Source of the DNA: Camelus ferus
Lineage: Eukaryota
Length of the DNA stretch: 64,000 bases
NCBI RefSeq assembly: GCF_009834535.1
Contig: NC_045696.1
Span: 78,184,001 to 78,248,000, forward strand
Direction: 5' to 3'
Part shown: piece by piece, positions 40,306 through 52,481 of the stretch
Layout: each line of letters opens with the position of its first letter
Numbering within the stretch: the stretch's first letter is position 1
The notes under the pieces: model-generated
What the model was told of the DNA's origin: nothing
Database searches by the model: none
Seen by the model: the letters and a program-made list of their open reading frames with translations, nothing else
Translations under genes and position numbers: made by a program

Positions 40306-40807
40306 CTGAAAGACTTCTTAATATCTTCTGCTTGGATTGTCTTGAGAATCTCTTGGTATAACTGAAGATCAAGTTTTCCTGAAGATGTAGCATTTGAAGG
40401 GCATTTTTTGTGTGCATAATAGCCTATCAAAATTCCAAAAATAAATAAAATGATTGCTGTGCAAAATATTTTTAAAAGGCAGCAAAAGTTGCAGGGTTTG
40501 CTCTTTGGTGCAGATCTTGTATAATGGGTTACATAGTCAGACTCTTCTTGAAGTCTCTGAAACCTTCCTTTGGGTGAAGTTGCTGGTTGAATGGAATCAA
40601 GATTGAGGTCCGCAGTCTCGGAATTCTCCAGGTTCTGATTCTCAGCACGATCAAGCTGGAACTGCTCAAAACCAGGCTCCTCCAGTTCCTTCTCCATGTC
40701 CCACTCTAAGTCAAGGGCAGTGGCTTGAAGGTCATCACTGTCTAAGTAATGTGAATGTCCTGGAGCTCTTTGATCTGCATTGACCTTCTGATAGGCCATC
40801 TTCTTAC
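40306..40807 (-). CDS. NAALADL2: Internal coding exon (502 nt, phase 1 to phase 2) of inactive N-acetylated-alpha-linked acidic dipeptidase-like protein 2; equivalent to human coding exon 2
   Basis: Translation (G)KKMAYQKVNADQRAPGHSHYLDSDDLQATALDLEWDMEKELEE...FQRLQEESDY...IFCTAIILFIFGILIGYYA...LYQEILKTIQAEDIKKSFR matches the human NAALADL2 N-terminus as I recall it. Minus-strand acceptor ttatcttattttcacag (AG at 40809-40808) and donor TTCAG|gtaagt (GT at 40305-40304) are canonical. The ORF-track stop at 40302 is intronic. Confidence 0.96.
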
Positions 40808-42211
40808 CTGTGAAAATAAGATAAGTGTATTTTCTGAAAATAAGCCAACACTAAAGAAAACCTCCAAGGCGAAAACAAAACAGTAATCTCTATTAGGTGT
40901 CCATAAAATTTTAGTGATTATAATCAGGGGGACGTACTGCCCTGCAAAATATCACATTAATTATTTAATCTTATGTTTTGCTGTTGATGTTTACCATAAG
41001 GTAAAAAAAAGACAATAAATAAAATGTTTTTGAGACAAAAACTGTAAGAAAACATAAAATACACACACATTATGCTTTTGAGACTCAGAAGAAACAGAAT
41101 CACAATTGCACAACTGTATTGAAGATAATGTATTACAATGAAGGCAAAATTTAAGCCTATACATTTTCAAAATCACGTTTATGAAAAACTAAGGACAGAA
41201 GCAATAAAGCTGTGATTTGTAAGTTAGGGGGGAAAAAAGACCTTTGGATGAGTTACATTACCAGAGTTAATTTTTAAAACACAAATTCAAATTCAGTGTC
41301 AGAATAAGAATATCTGAATGAAGAAGCAACTCCCTACACATACAAGCAGAAAATATGGTATATTACCTAGTGATAAGTTATCAAAATGATTGGAAAACAT
41401 AAAGGCTGCCACAAAAGGCCAACATGTTCCATGGAATTAGTGACATGAACTGGCCCGGCCCACTGAACTTTAAATAAATGTCTGGGATGGCTTTCATCCA
41501 AAGAGGGAAGCCTTTTGCCAAGCTAGGAGAGTTCAGTTTCACAACCTTGCTACAGAGTGGCAGATGGAGGGTTTTCTCCCCTACACAGTTTTGGATGACA
41601 GTTTGTTGTATCCTGCAGAGTGGTATTAGGATAACTGGGTTAATTAACTACAAGTGGTCTTCAGTCTGTATTCAGTAACACACTGGTGTATTATGGTTGC
41701 TGATTAAGAGTATTTATACTTAAATTTTCTGTGTATTAGATTTGTCATCCCAGCTGGATTCTAAGGTCCCTCACCATGTTCTATGATTTTTCTGTGTGTT
41801 CCACTGTGGTGGGTGAAAAAAAGAGCTCAACTGACAACTGATTAGCTAAGTGCCTTAGGGCCACTTGTTAACAAGTGAACTCTAATGAAAAAGATACAAA
41901 GACTGCATGAAAGGGAGTGGCATTATGCAGAGAATTATGCTTATATACAGTTCTAATCCTGGCTGGCAGCAGCCCCCACAAATTAAAATGTTCTGAATGT
42001 TTGAGAGAGTTCAAGTATAATGAAGTATTAAAGTTGACAAAGTAAAAAGTATGATTCTGACTAGATTGCTCATCTGCTACCTTGTATTCTAGGATTTATT
42101 CTTTTCCAGAGCTGACTCAATGATAGTGAATATCTAATACATGTCAGTTAGTTGGATAGGCAATGAACACAAAGATGAATGGGTCCCTACTCCTAGAGGG
42201 GATGATACAAT

Positions 42212-42231
42212 CACACACACACACACACACA
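42212..42231. repeat. (CA)10 microsatellite
   Basis: Perfect run within a degenerate L2-like segment. Confidence 0.9.
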
Positions 42232-42499
42232 TCTATCTATATACACACATAAACAAGTCAGTCACATAAAGTATACAAGGCACAGTGTTGATAGATTCTA
42301 GCAGAGAATACAGGAAACGATTCCCCCTAGATATGATCTCTGAGGTCCTTTTGGCAAGAGGAGGAGGAGTTAAACTACGGCAGACCAGGGGTGTGAGAGG
42401 AGAGAAGCCAGGCAGAGGACAATTTACAAACATGCAGAGGAATGAAGATGCGTGGTGCATCGTATGTGGACTATCTGAAAAACGCAGATTGGTATACTG

Positions 42500-42700
42500 T
42501 GACGGAAGATGGAGCACAGGAGCCAAAGACTCAGAGTAAATGCTTGGAAAGGGTGACCTGGGGCCAAAGGCTTAACTTCTCTGTAACTCAGGGTCTTCAC
42601 CTGTGAAACGGGAATGATAATACAAAACCTCATAGTGCTGTCAATAGGATTAATTGAGACAGTGAACCTAAAATATCCATTGAGTGTGACATAGGCTATA
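42500..42700 (+). mobile_element. MIR SINE
   Basis: gtgacctggggccaaaggcttaacttctctgtaactcagggtcttcacctgtgaaacgggaatgataata. Confidence 0.8.
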
Positions 42701-45479
42701 AGGGTTTGAAGAGACATTTCTGGTGTTAAAGGAGGGAGGATTGTCAAGGGTTTTTAGAAGAAATGAAAGGAGTTAAACAATGTAGAAGAAACTATATAAT
42801 TCTGCAGGACATTGTGGAGAAGGGGAGGAGGTTGCATAAAACACATACATGCGTATATTCACACATACATATGAGAGTTGAGTTCTTTTTTAACATTTAG
42901 TCTATAGGTAGAGACTAAAATATTAAAAAACAAACAAACAAACAAACACATGACATACCAACTGTTACCACGCAGATGTTTAGTTGGTACTATGTATCAG
43001 AACAGCCTCTAAGGGTGATTCTGCAGACCTTTTTTTATCCCCCTCCCTCTTTTCTGCCCTGCTTCCTTCCTTCTTCCTTTTTTCTGCTTGGCCTGGTTTC
43101 CAAGATGATTCAAGAAAGGGCAGCATTTGAATGGTCTTCAGTAACATCGAGACAAGTAGAGAAAGGGAGTGATATATGGAGTTAGTGGTAATTATTCAGA
43201 TAGGTTAGGAGATGGTTGGTTAACTGATGGAAGATGACTTTAAATCACACTTGGTTAAAAAAGATGACAATATTAGAGAATAGGAAAACCTGAAGGTAGC
43301 AGAAATAAAGTATCTTTATAATCCACGATTCTAACCTTTCATATATTACAGAAGAGGAAGCTGAGGTCCAAAGGTGAATAAATCTTCAGACTGAGAAGTG
43401 ATATTTTGGTACACACTTCTTAAGGTGATTTATGGTTTTATAAAAATGTAAGATTAATAAGTTAGTGGTAAACTAATGTTAAATACCTTACAATTCAGTT
43501 TTTCAATATACATTACAAAATACTGCAATTTCTTAACACTCGTCAGTATTTTTGTTTGTCTTGAAATATCAAAAAAATTTCCTGCAATCATGACATGACA
43601 TTATGATACTCACTTCTTTCACTGTTCTGTTCATGCATTATTAATTTACTTAGATACTGTCTCAATGTAGTTTTCTAGATTTTTTTTCCCCTCCCACTTT
43701 AATGAATCAGAGTCTTTCTAGAGGCTTTTTAAAGAATTGAGTTGTAGAGCCTGGTTTATGCCTGAGGAAGATTTGGCACACTGGAGTGACTACAGAAATG
43801 TGAGATCCCTAACTCTGACTTCTAATACAAACATTCAGTCATTTCTCTACAAATCATTTAAAAACCAACTGCAGTGATGACACAGAGTTTTCATTTCTAG
43901 CCTGACAATAGGTATTCCATCACATGTACATCAGCAATTTAATGCTTTTCAAACATCAGACAGAGCCATCAATTAGAATGTAATGCAGATACAGATATTA
44001 ACTCCTCACCATGATGGATATCTTCCTGACACCCTTACTACCACTTTTGGACTCATTACACATTTATAAATTTACACTAAATTCTATCTTCCAGGAGAGG
44101 AGTATCTGGGTAAAAGGTAGATAGAGCCATCTGATGTAACAAAATGCAAAGTATTTAAGGAAAATTTCCAAGGAAGTAAGTACGTGACAACATGTACAAT
44201 GAAACATTTTAACCTCTTACTTGGTATAGTCAGTTTATGTTTATTATAAATCCATCAGAAATCCATTTCTTTTAAAATTTATCTTGCCTTAAAGAAAAGA
44301 ACTTAGCTTTTACAAAAATATAAACCTCTGCACTGACAGTTTTCTCTTCATCTGTTTAAAATGAACTCCTTAAAAGTTAAACTAAGTAATAAACTACTAA
44401 ATAAAACTAACTACACATTCAATTTGGAGTTAGCACAAATTATTTAATTTGTCCCACAAAGAATGTATCTCTCTTTAAAAACCTGTGTCCCCTGAGGTCA
44501 AGTAAAGGACATTTCACATTTTTTTCACCAGAACTTTAAAATTCCCAAGTACAACAAAGACTATATTATAAAAAGAAATCTTCAGGAAAATCAGCATGTC
44601 TTAGATATGATTGTTTAATTATGCCAAACATTATATATTTTCTACAACATGTATACATGATATTTCTTTTATATTGTCTTATTACTTTTCACCTCCCCTA
44701 GATGAGTAAGAGTAAATTAAAAAACACATGAACTAGATTTTAGAATCTACCACATCGATCTTCCTCTAAAAGATATGCACTTTGGTGTAGACCAGCTCAT
44801 AGAAACTTACATTTCTTCAAACAGAAACATCTGTAACCATCCTTACATTCTATATTGTATCACTTAGCCTTTTTTTTTTTTAATAAAATGCAATTTTTCT
44901 GCAAAGTACAATATATTCTCCATGTTTTCAACATATCTTATTCACTTAGGTGAGATCCCTTCCCACCCAGGCCCACAAAGGCTAAATTGTTTTCAAAACT
45001 CAATATACTAGAACATTTATCTTTTATATACACTTATTCCTCCGTAAGGGAAAGAAAGCAAATATAAGTTGAACTGAAAGGTATTTTTCCTAGACTATGA
45101 CAAGCTTAGATCAATAAAAAAATAAATTTTTAGTCTTACTATGCATATGATTAGTTTAAAAAATTGATACTTCTGAATGCTTTCTTTCATACATTTTTAC
45201 TGGCTGAAACTAAGTAAATTATGTAGAAATAAAAGATGAATACAGAAATAGGCTGAAATTTCAACATATAAAATACAGTCTCTGGCTGCTATAGATTCAG
45301 CTTAACACAACACCTGGCAAGTATTTTAGATGATAAATACATGATAAAAAAGGTTTCCTTCTAATAAGTTATCTATTATGAATGCCATTTAGAAATATGA
45401 TCACAGCACTATTACTTTCTTGTTCAGCAACTGCAACGAGGGAATTTACTACATGAATGCCCTGACCTTACCAATCTCC

Positions 45480-45695
45480 AAATCAGCAGACTCCATAGTC
45501 AAACTACTGGGTTCACATCATAGCTCTGCTCTGTAATTTAGACCAGTCGCTTAATATCGTTACACTTAAATTCCACACTCGTAAAGTGGAAATAATAATA
45601 GCACCGTATCTGTAGCATTTCTATGAGTAAATGATGTAAGTGACTAAGGATGCTTAGGAACAAGGTCTAACATATTGTAAGTGATCTATTAACAA
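45480..45695 (+). mobile_element. MIR SINE
   Basis: ctgggttcacatcatagctctgc...gtaaagtggaaataataatagcacc...atgcttaggaacaaggtctaacatattgtaagtg. Confidence 0.7.
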
Positions 45696-47848
45696 AGATC
45701 ACTCCAGAAATTCTATAGAGTTTAAGAAATTAGAAGTATTTGGCGCTTACAACTTTAGAGTACAGACTTAATTAAATTAAATTATGACCAGAGGGCTTAA
45801 GTTTCAATAATAAGAACCTGGAGATAATGAGAAATGGAGCAGTGCACTCAAGCACTTTTGAGAATGAGAAGCATCTGTTAATCATTAGCTGTGGTTCAGA
45901 CAGATAAGAGAGAAGTGGGGCTAATATTTACAGAAAAATTATCATTACATTTGACTTACAACCAAAAGCTCTCTTATTATGATTAGCGTTGAGGTTAAGT
46001 CACTCTACAAAAACCACAGAACTTTTCCACAATGCTGAAGAGTTCAGTTTTCTAACTAGTGATAATTAATCATGAGCACGGGTTACACATTTTTTTTGGT
46101 AGAAAATCATGCTTGTCATAGGTGGTTAAATTGACCCATTGACTATGCTGATACCAATAGTATTTTAACTCAAACAGTACAAAAGCCTATGTAGATCTTA
46201 TCAGAATTAGGAACACATCTAAAGGCTTTCCTAGTTGTGTAAGTTATTTTACAAGTAAAATAAATGAGTCTGGCAGATTAACTTTAAAACATAAGGCAGA
46301 ATCTCAATTTCCTATGACAGTTCTATGATTGAATCTTTATTGTACAACGGGGGGAAAAAATATTCACATAGTGTTTCCTGAAGCTGTGAATGTCAAATCA
46401 TTTGCTGGTTTGAGTGGATTGATTTGAGGCAAAGGCATTTCTTAGAAATGTCAGTGCATCATCAAAAGGCATTCATTATGCACCTTTGTGCAGCACCGCT
46501 TTAGATGCTATACCAGTGAACTAGGAGTGCCCAGAGGAATTCTTAAATTTAAATTTAAGGATATTCCTTATAGGCTAAAAACAATTGACATAAATTTTTC
46601 AGTATATGAACTTAGTTTGTACAAATAAAGCCCATATTTGTGGAATACATTTTTGTTGTTGAAAGCTTTAATGGTCTCAACTTGAGAACAGGGCCAAAGA
46701 TAAAACTATAAAAAGAATAATTCAAAAGACTCTGTTCTCTGACTTAATTTTTCAGTTTAATGAGATCTTTTTTTTTCCATATGGTTTTGTGAAATGGCCC
46801 TGGCAATTGCTATAGTATCTGTAAATGCATTAAGAATTCCTCATTTAATTGCAATTTTGTATGTTAACTACACAAAAGAAATGACAATAATTATTTGTTG
46901 TTCATGCTTCACTAATTGAATAAAGAGTGTATATAAGTAAGAGAAATTTATTATCTGTGCTTAATTTTTAAGAAAAGAAATTAGGCAAAACCAACTCTAA
47001 ACGGAATAGTACACTGAAGTTAGGCAGAGCAGATAATCAAATTGGAGAGCATAAAACTAAAACTTGTCTCTGAGGCCTGAGCTACCTTGATCTCTAAATG
47101 ACATGTAAAAGGTATGCTTTGGATGCCACATTAATGACTATAAATTGCAAAATGCAGTCTAAACCATTTGAGGGAAAACTGATGAAATCCAGCAGGTTTG
47201 TGTAAATTTGTTTCTACCGCTTGCATATGTATGCCCACCTGCTAGCTCCCTGAGTGGGCCAGCCTTTCTGGGTACCCATGTGCAGCCAAACTTTGTGTAA
47301 GGCACCCTAACTAAAAGGTCAGTTGGGCCCACCCGAGTTCCTGTGTTTAGAGTAAGGTTTTTCAGTATTAGAATCATGTAATTCAATACAGAATCTGGCA
47401 AACAGAAAGTTAATTTAGACATGCTGCAATGATTGTACACTCTATGGGTTACTTGAATGGGTAGTTTGAACACTCAGTACTACACAGAATATCTATCACA
47501 TGAGTTTGATTTCCACTAACATCACAAAACTATTTAGGGATGTGTAAACAGCTCCTGTTCCTGCCATGACTCCCTTTCAGGTCTTTTTGGGCGTCTGATT
47601 CCCCCTAGATTCTAAAGTGTATTTTTTTCTTTCTGGTTATCATTTCCATTTACAGGAAAATGTCTAAAGTATTTATTTACTTCTAAGAATTAACATCCTT
47701 TCGCCCTTCAGAGTATTTGACGTGGCTTATATTAGAAGATAAATGACATCACAAACCATAAAATACACAAGTGTAGAGGAGAAAAAATTCTGATCGTCTG
47801 ATTAAAGAAAGCTACTGTCATTGAGTTTTAATGCAATTGTGAGCTTCA

Positions 47849-47867
47849 TTGCAGCCAGGGGGCAGAG
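47849..47867 (+). promoter_or_regulatory. Candidate CTCF site
   Basis: TTGCAGCCAGGGGGCAGAG aligns with TGGCCACCAGGGGGCGCTA, in apparently non-repetitive sequence. Confidence 0.45.
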
Positions 47868-48129
47868 GGTGTCTGTGGGGCCTTCTCAGGCTCAATCAGC
47901 CTTCGCCTAATCTCATTTGTTAATGCACAAGGCTGTCAGTCTTAGCTGAAGAGCTTACTTTTTCTGAGATACCTCTTTTTGTAGTTGCAGATTTCTATGT
48001 CGGTGAGATATTTCTCTCTATCTAATCAGAGAAATCTTGAGTCTCCTTTTATCTGTTAGTCTTAGATTTGGATACACAACATGCTATGTTACAGTTACAT
48101 AAATCATTTACTGAACCCAAAAATGAGCC

Positions 48130-48350
48130 AGGACTCACTATCAGGTTAGCACTTCACATGCATTATATCATTTAATCAAATAATCTTATATGTTAAGTAT
48201 CATTACCCCCATTTGATAGATGAGGTTATCTGAGACTTAGGGGTCAAATCATTTCCCCAAATTCTCACATCTATATTCAAGCACAAGCAGCTGGAATAGC
48301 ACACCCAGCCTGTCAAATTCCAAAACCTACTCTTTTTAAACATTACCACA
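48130..48350 (-). mobile_element. MIR SINE
   Basis: cacttcacatgcattatatcatttaatc...cccatttgatagatgagg...tgagacttaggggtcaaatcatttcccc. Confidence 0.8.
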
Positions 48351-51329
48351 TTCAGACACTCTGAAAGTCCCCAATGTTGGAGAGATGTTAGCACGTCCAG
48401 AGATCTTACGGGTTTATTTATCCCAGGTTGGTCACTAATGTGACTACAAGCCCCAGGAGGCTCAATATCCATTAAATCTGAATGGTCTGCCTTGATCCTA
48501 AGACCCCTGGGGGCCGCTCTGACTCCAGGACCTCAAAGATCTCTGTCGTTTGCTCTCCATAGCGTCGTGGTAGATAGTGATGTTTCCGGGCACTGCGGTT
48601 TTCACTAAGGGTGAAACACTTCCAAGTCCATCGCTCTGAGGGAAAGACCACAACCTCTGCTTTATGGTCTCTTCCTAGCAATACTTTCAAAATGTCTCTT
48701 TCCTCCTGCTGCTGAGGGATAAAGGGCAAAAACTGTGCTTAGAAGCTGAAAGCTACAGTTCACGTTCAATCTGTTCCTGTCCTGTTTAGGCAGCAGAACC
48801 CTTTGGTCCATCCCCACCGCTCATGGTTCACCCTGGCCTAAGAGGGCTTCGAGTGTGTCAAGAGTTAACATGTCAATACAATCACCACTTGGCTCTGAGA
48901 GCTGTCTGCCAGGAGGAGCCTCTTAGCTTGATAGATACACTGCAATTTTTTATCCTTTCAGCCAACATGAATGATCTTAAATTGCTGCTTTTTGACTATG
49001 ACTCTCAGATTTCCGGGAACAGACAGATGAAGCTTTTACCTACATGAGGCCACTCAGCACTATTTTTCACATTTTTCAAAGGTACTTTATTGGCTTACTT
49101 TTTAAATATCTTTACTCTTCAAAAAGTATCAACAGGTTTCTTCAGACTGGAAGTGCTTTATTCTAAAATTTGTAACCCTGTGTTTCCTAAAATCGTAATT
49201 CAGAAAGACTATCCAAGGCCCAGGTTGGTAATCCAATGCTTCCAGAGTCTGTGCTTTTCATGTTCTGAAGGCTTCTTTCATACATACTCCTTTAGAGTGT
49301 CATGAGGAAAAAGTACCACTACATCATGATACTGTGGTTAACTGGTGGGAAAGGAAGCAGCCCAGAAAAACACACTGGTGGAGAATGCTTATGTTCACTT
49401 AAAATTCAGTAAGGGAATACATATCATATGAACCATCCCAAGGCTGTATTGGGTAAATTCTAAAATCTATTCTTCAGCTAAAGATCCAAAGAGCAAATGT
49501 AAAAAGTTTAGTATTCAGCTTTCAAACTGTTAGACCACAGAGCTAAAGACAATTAAAATTAGGGATTTAACCCAAAATACAATGACAGGAATTCATTATA
49601 GTTAACAGCATGGTATGCTCCTTATAAGACAAAGATCATGTCTATTAATTCACTTAATCTTGGGGCTAAAAATTAGTTTAATTATTATGTTTGCACAAGA
49701 AGTAGGAAGACATTAATGGAAAGAAAACAGAATTACGAAGCTTTCAACTGACAACGGATGGCAGCATCAAGACTGAAATGCTTTTTAAGAATTAAGGAGC
49801 ACAAAAGAAACAATTTGCCCAAGATTTTGCTATTCTTTCTTCCTTTTAAAATGCTATATCCATAATTATACAATATATCTGAAGCTAAAAGAGAATATAT
49901 TTTTATAATACTTTCTTCCAGGCCTTCTAATTCATATAAAAAATGGAATTTTATCTGAAAAAGGTTGACAAAATTATTATTTTAATGTAGAAAATTCAAG
50001 TTCTCACTATAAGTAACCTTTTATGATAATACCAGTAACTGTTAACCTTTTCAATAAAAAAGGATTTATTGAAGAAGAAACAGAAAGAGAAATACTACAG
50101 CAGTATATTACATCTGTATGGCAGTTTGACTTAGAGAAGTTAATTTTTATAACAAATTTATATACATGCATACTAGCAGTTTTGGGTAAATTAAAGCAAC
50201 TAAACAACTTACTAAAAACTATACTGGACACTGCTTATGTCATTTATATTTTATTTATGGATAGGAATATTATAAAAAATGGAAGACCTCCAGTAGCACA
50301 TGAAAGTAATGCTGATATGAAATTAAATGTCAGGCAAAAGGCATGAAAATGCAATATTCACAAAGGCATTGAATGTAAAATGTTTAACAGAACTTTTATA
50401 TAATTGACACTATTGAAAGGTGGTTTATTTTAATACATGGAAAATTTTAAAATTCACCTAGCACTTCAATTTTAAAATGTCAACTATTATTACTTTACCA
50501 ACACGAATTTTAGCTTATTTTTTCAGTTTATTTTCTTTCTTCCCATAATACATCCTTCATCTATTTTCTTTATATCATTTGTCTCCTTTCAGCCATGCCG
50601 ATCATGTCATTTTCACTTTTCCATTCTTACTTATCTCACGGTTGATGTGGCAGGAAATTGTTGAAAATAAACAACTGACCACGAAGAGTTCACTTGATTC
50701 TTTTCCATATATTGGGAATGATGTATCTTGAGCAAGGAAGAATCAGCACTTTTTTTTTTTTTAATTAGAAATAGTGACCAACAAGACTGTTTTGCCCTAC
50801 CATTCCAAACACATCAAATCTTGTCTTCAAAAAAAAATAGTAAAATTCAACTTAGCCTTAGCCTGCTGCTTGGGAGTTCTGTTCTCTGACGCTGTAAGGA
50901 AAACTAAAGGTCGTTCTCACTAGCACTTCTAGGAGACTTCTTTCAGCTGCTGCGGCTGGTGAACTTCTCACCCCATTCACTCTCTGTAAGCATAACCCCT
51001 ATCTTACCCACAAACCAAATCTCTCTCAATCATGTATCTCAGGAACCAAAACATTCTTTTTCTTTTCTTTCTCTACCCTTTTTTTGTTTCTATCTTGTAA
51101 AGGGCTGAGGTCTTTAATCATTCCCAGAGTAATCGTAAAACATTTCAGAGCCCAAAATAATGGAAATACTATGGTTTCTGCCTAAAAAGGAGCATAATCT
51201 TTAAGGATGCGAAAAATCAAAATTAAGTTCAAAATTAAAATAGGAGCAGCCCTGCAACACAAGTTGTAAAAATATCACTTTGCCTAGTTTAATTGTGCTA
51301 AAGATTATAGTATTGGAGGAAGAAAGTAC

Positions 51330-51525
51330 ACATTTATGTTTTACGTACCCTCTTATAGTAATTCATTTATTTAAACATCAAAACAATACCATGAAGTTAC
51401 TAGTGTTATCATCCCCATTTTACAAATTGAGGACCCTACAATGAAGTCACCTGCTCTAGATCACAAAGGACTTGAACCCAAGTAGTACGGGTCCCAGAGC
51501 CTGTGTTCTTAACCACTCTGCTGTG
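51330..51525 (-). mobile_element. MIR SINE
   Basis: ttatcatccccattttacaaattgagga...ggacttgaaccca...ccagagcctgtgttcttaaccactctgc. Confidence 0.8.
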
Positions 51526-52189
51526 ACAGAAAACCATCACACAAGAGCATATTTTTAATTCCTCCAAAAAACAAACAAAATCAAAAGAACGTGATTGATT
51601 TTTCCATCAGACCCAAAGAAAATTTTGTAGTATGACCTTTTCATATAATCTCCATCCCTATGCAGCTTCCTTAGAGACTTACAGGAAAAAAGTGGGAGAG
51701 AACATGGATTAACTCAGTCATTCACGCATAGGTGTAAGCCTCTGCTCTCTGGCCTCACTAAGCATGTATGTGGCTCTCCCAAATTCTCTTCACATTCCTC
51801 CTCATGGCTACTAGCTCTCATGCCCATGATTTTATTTTAATTAATTTTACAATTTTTCTTTTCAATACACTTTTCCTCTCTGGTTCTGCCCCCATGAATT
51901 AGGTCTTATTCTTAGTTTTAATGCCCACAGTTTTTAGAATAATTCTTTCACCATGTAGATGTGTATTGGACTAAACCCGTAATTTTGACAACCCCTGAAT
52001 AACTCACCATCTCCTCACATTTAAATCCATGCTCTTTCAGCATTACATGTATCTTAAGAACAATCATTTAACTTCAGTGTGACAGCTTTTAAAGAAACAG
52101 GTTGAGTGAGAGTGCAAGATTTACTCGCTAAAGCGTCTTTGTGAGAACTGTAATTAAAGTATGAACAAATTTTAGAGACAGAATCCTCG

Positions 52190-52481
52190 AAGCCCTGAGA
52201 ACAGGAAGTGTGACTACCCTTGTGGAGAGACCACGTAGGCAGACACTGAGACTATATGCAAAGGAAGCTGAGCCTGGGCATCCCAACCAATGTGCCATCC
52301 ACGTGAGAACAGACCAGCTACCAGCTGATTTCCAAGTGACAAGCCTGTGGAGCAACAGAGTTGACCAGCAGTGACCTGACTGTATTCCCGATCAGATAAT
52401 AAGACACAATAAAATGGTGGTTGTTCAAAGCCACGCAACATGGGAATAGTTTATAACACAGCAATAAATAACCAGAATACC
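52190..52481 (+). mobile_element. MaLR LTR (MLT1G/H-like), 3' part
   Basis: tgtggagagaccacgtagg...aataaaatggtggttgttcaaagccac...gtttataacacagcaataaataaccagaatac. Confidence 0.75.

Noticed and set aside
40302..40799. Stand-alone 165-aa single-exon gene or processed pseudogene
   Set aside because: It is bounded by canonical splice sites, and the stop codon is part of the intron donor GTAAGT; it is an internal exon.
46534..46570. 18-bp perfect palindrome CTTAAATTTAAATTTAAG with imperfect extension
   Set aside because: Almost pure A/T, so about one such palindrome is expected by chance; too short for a pre-miRNA.
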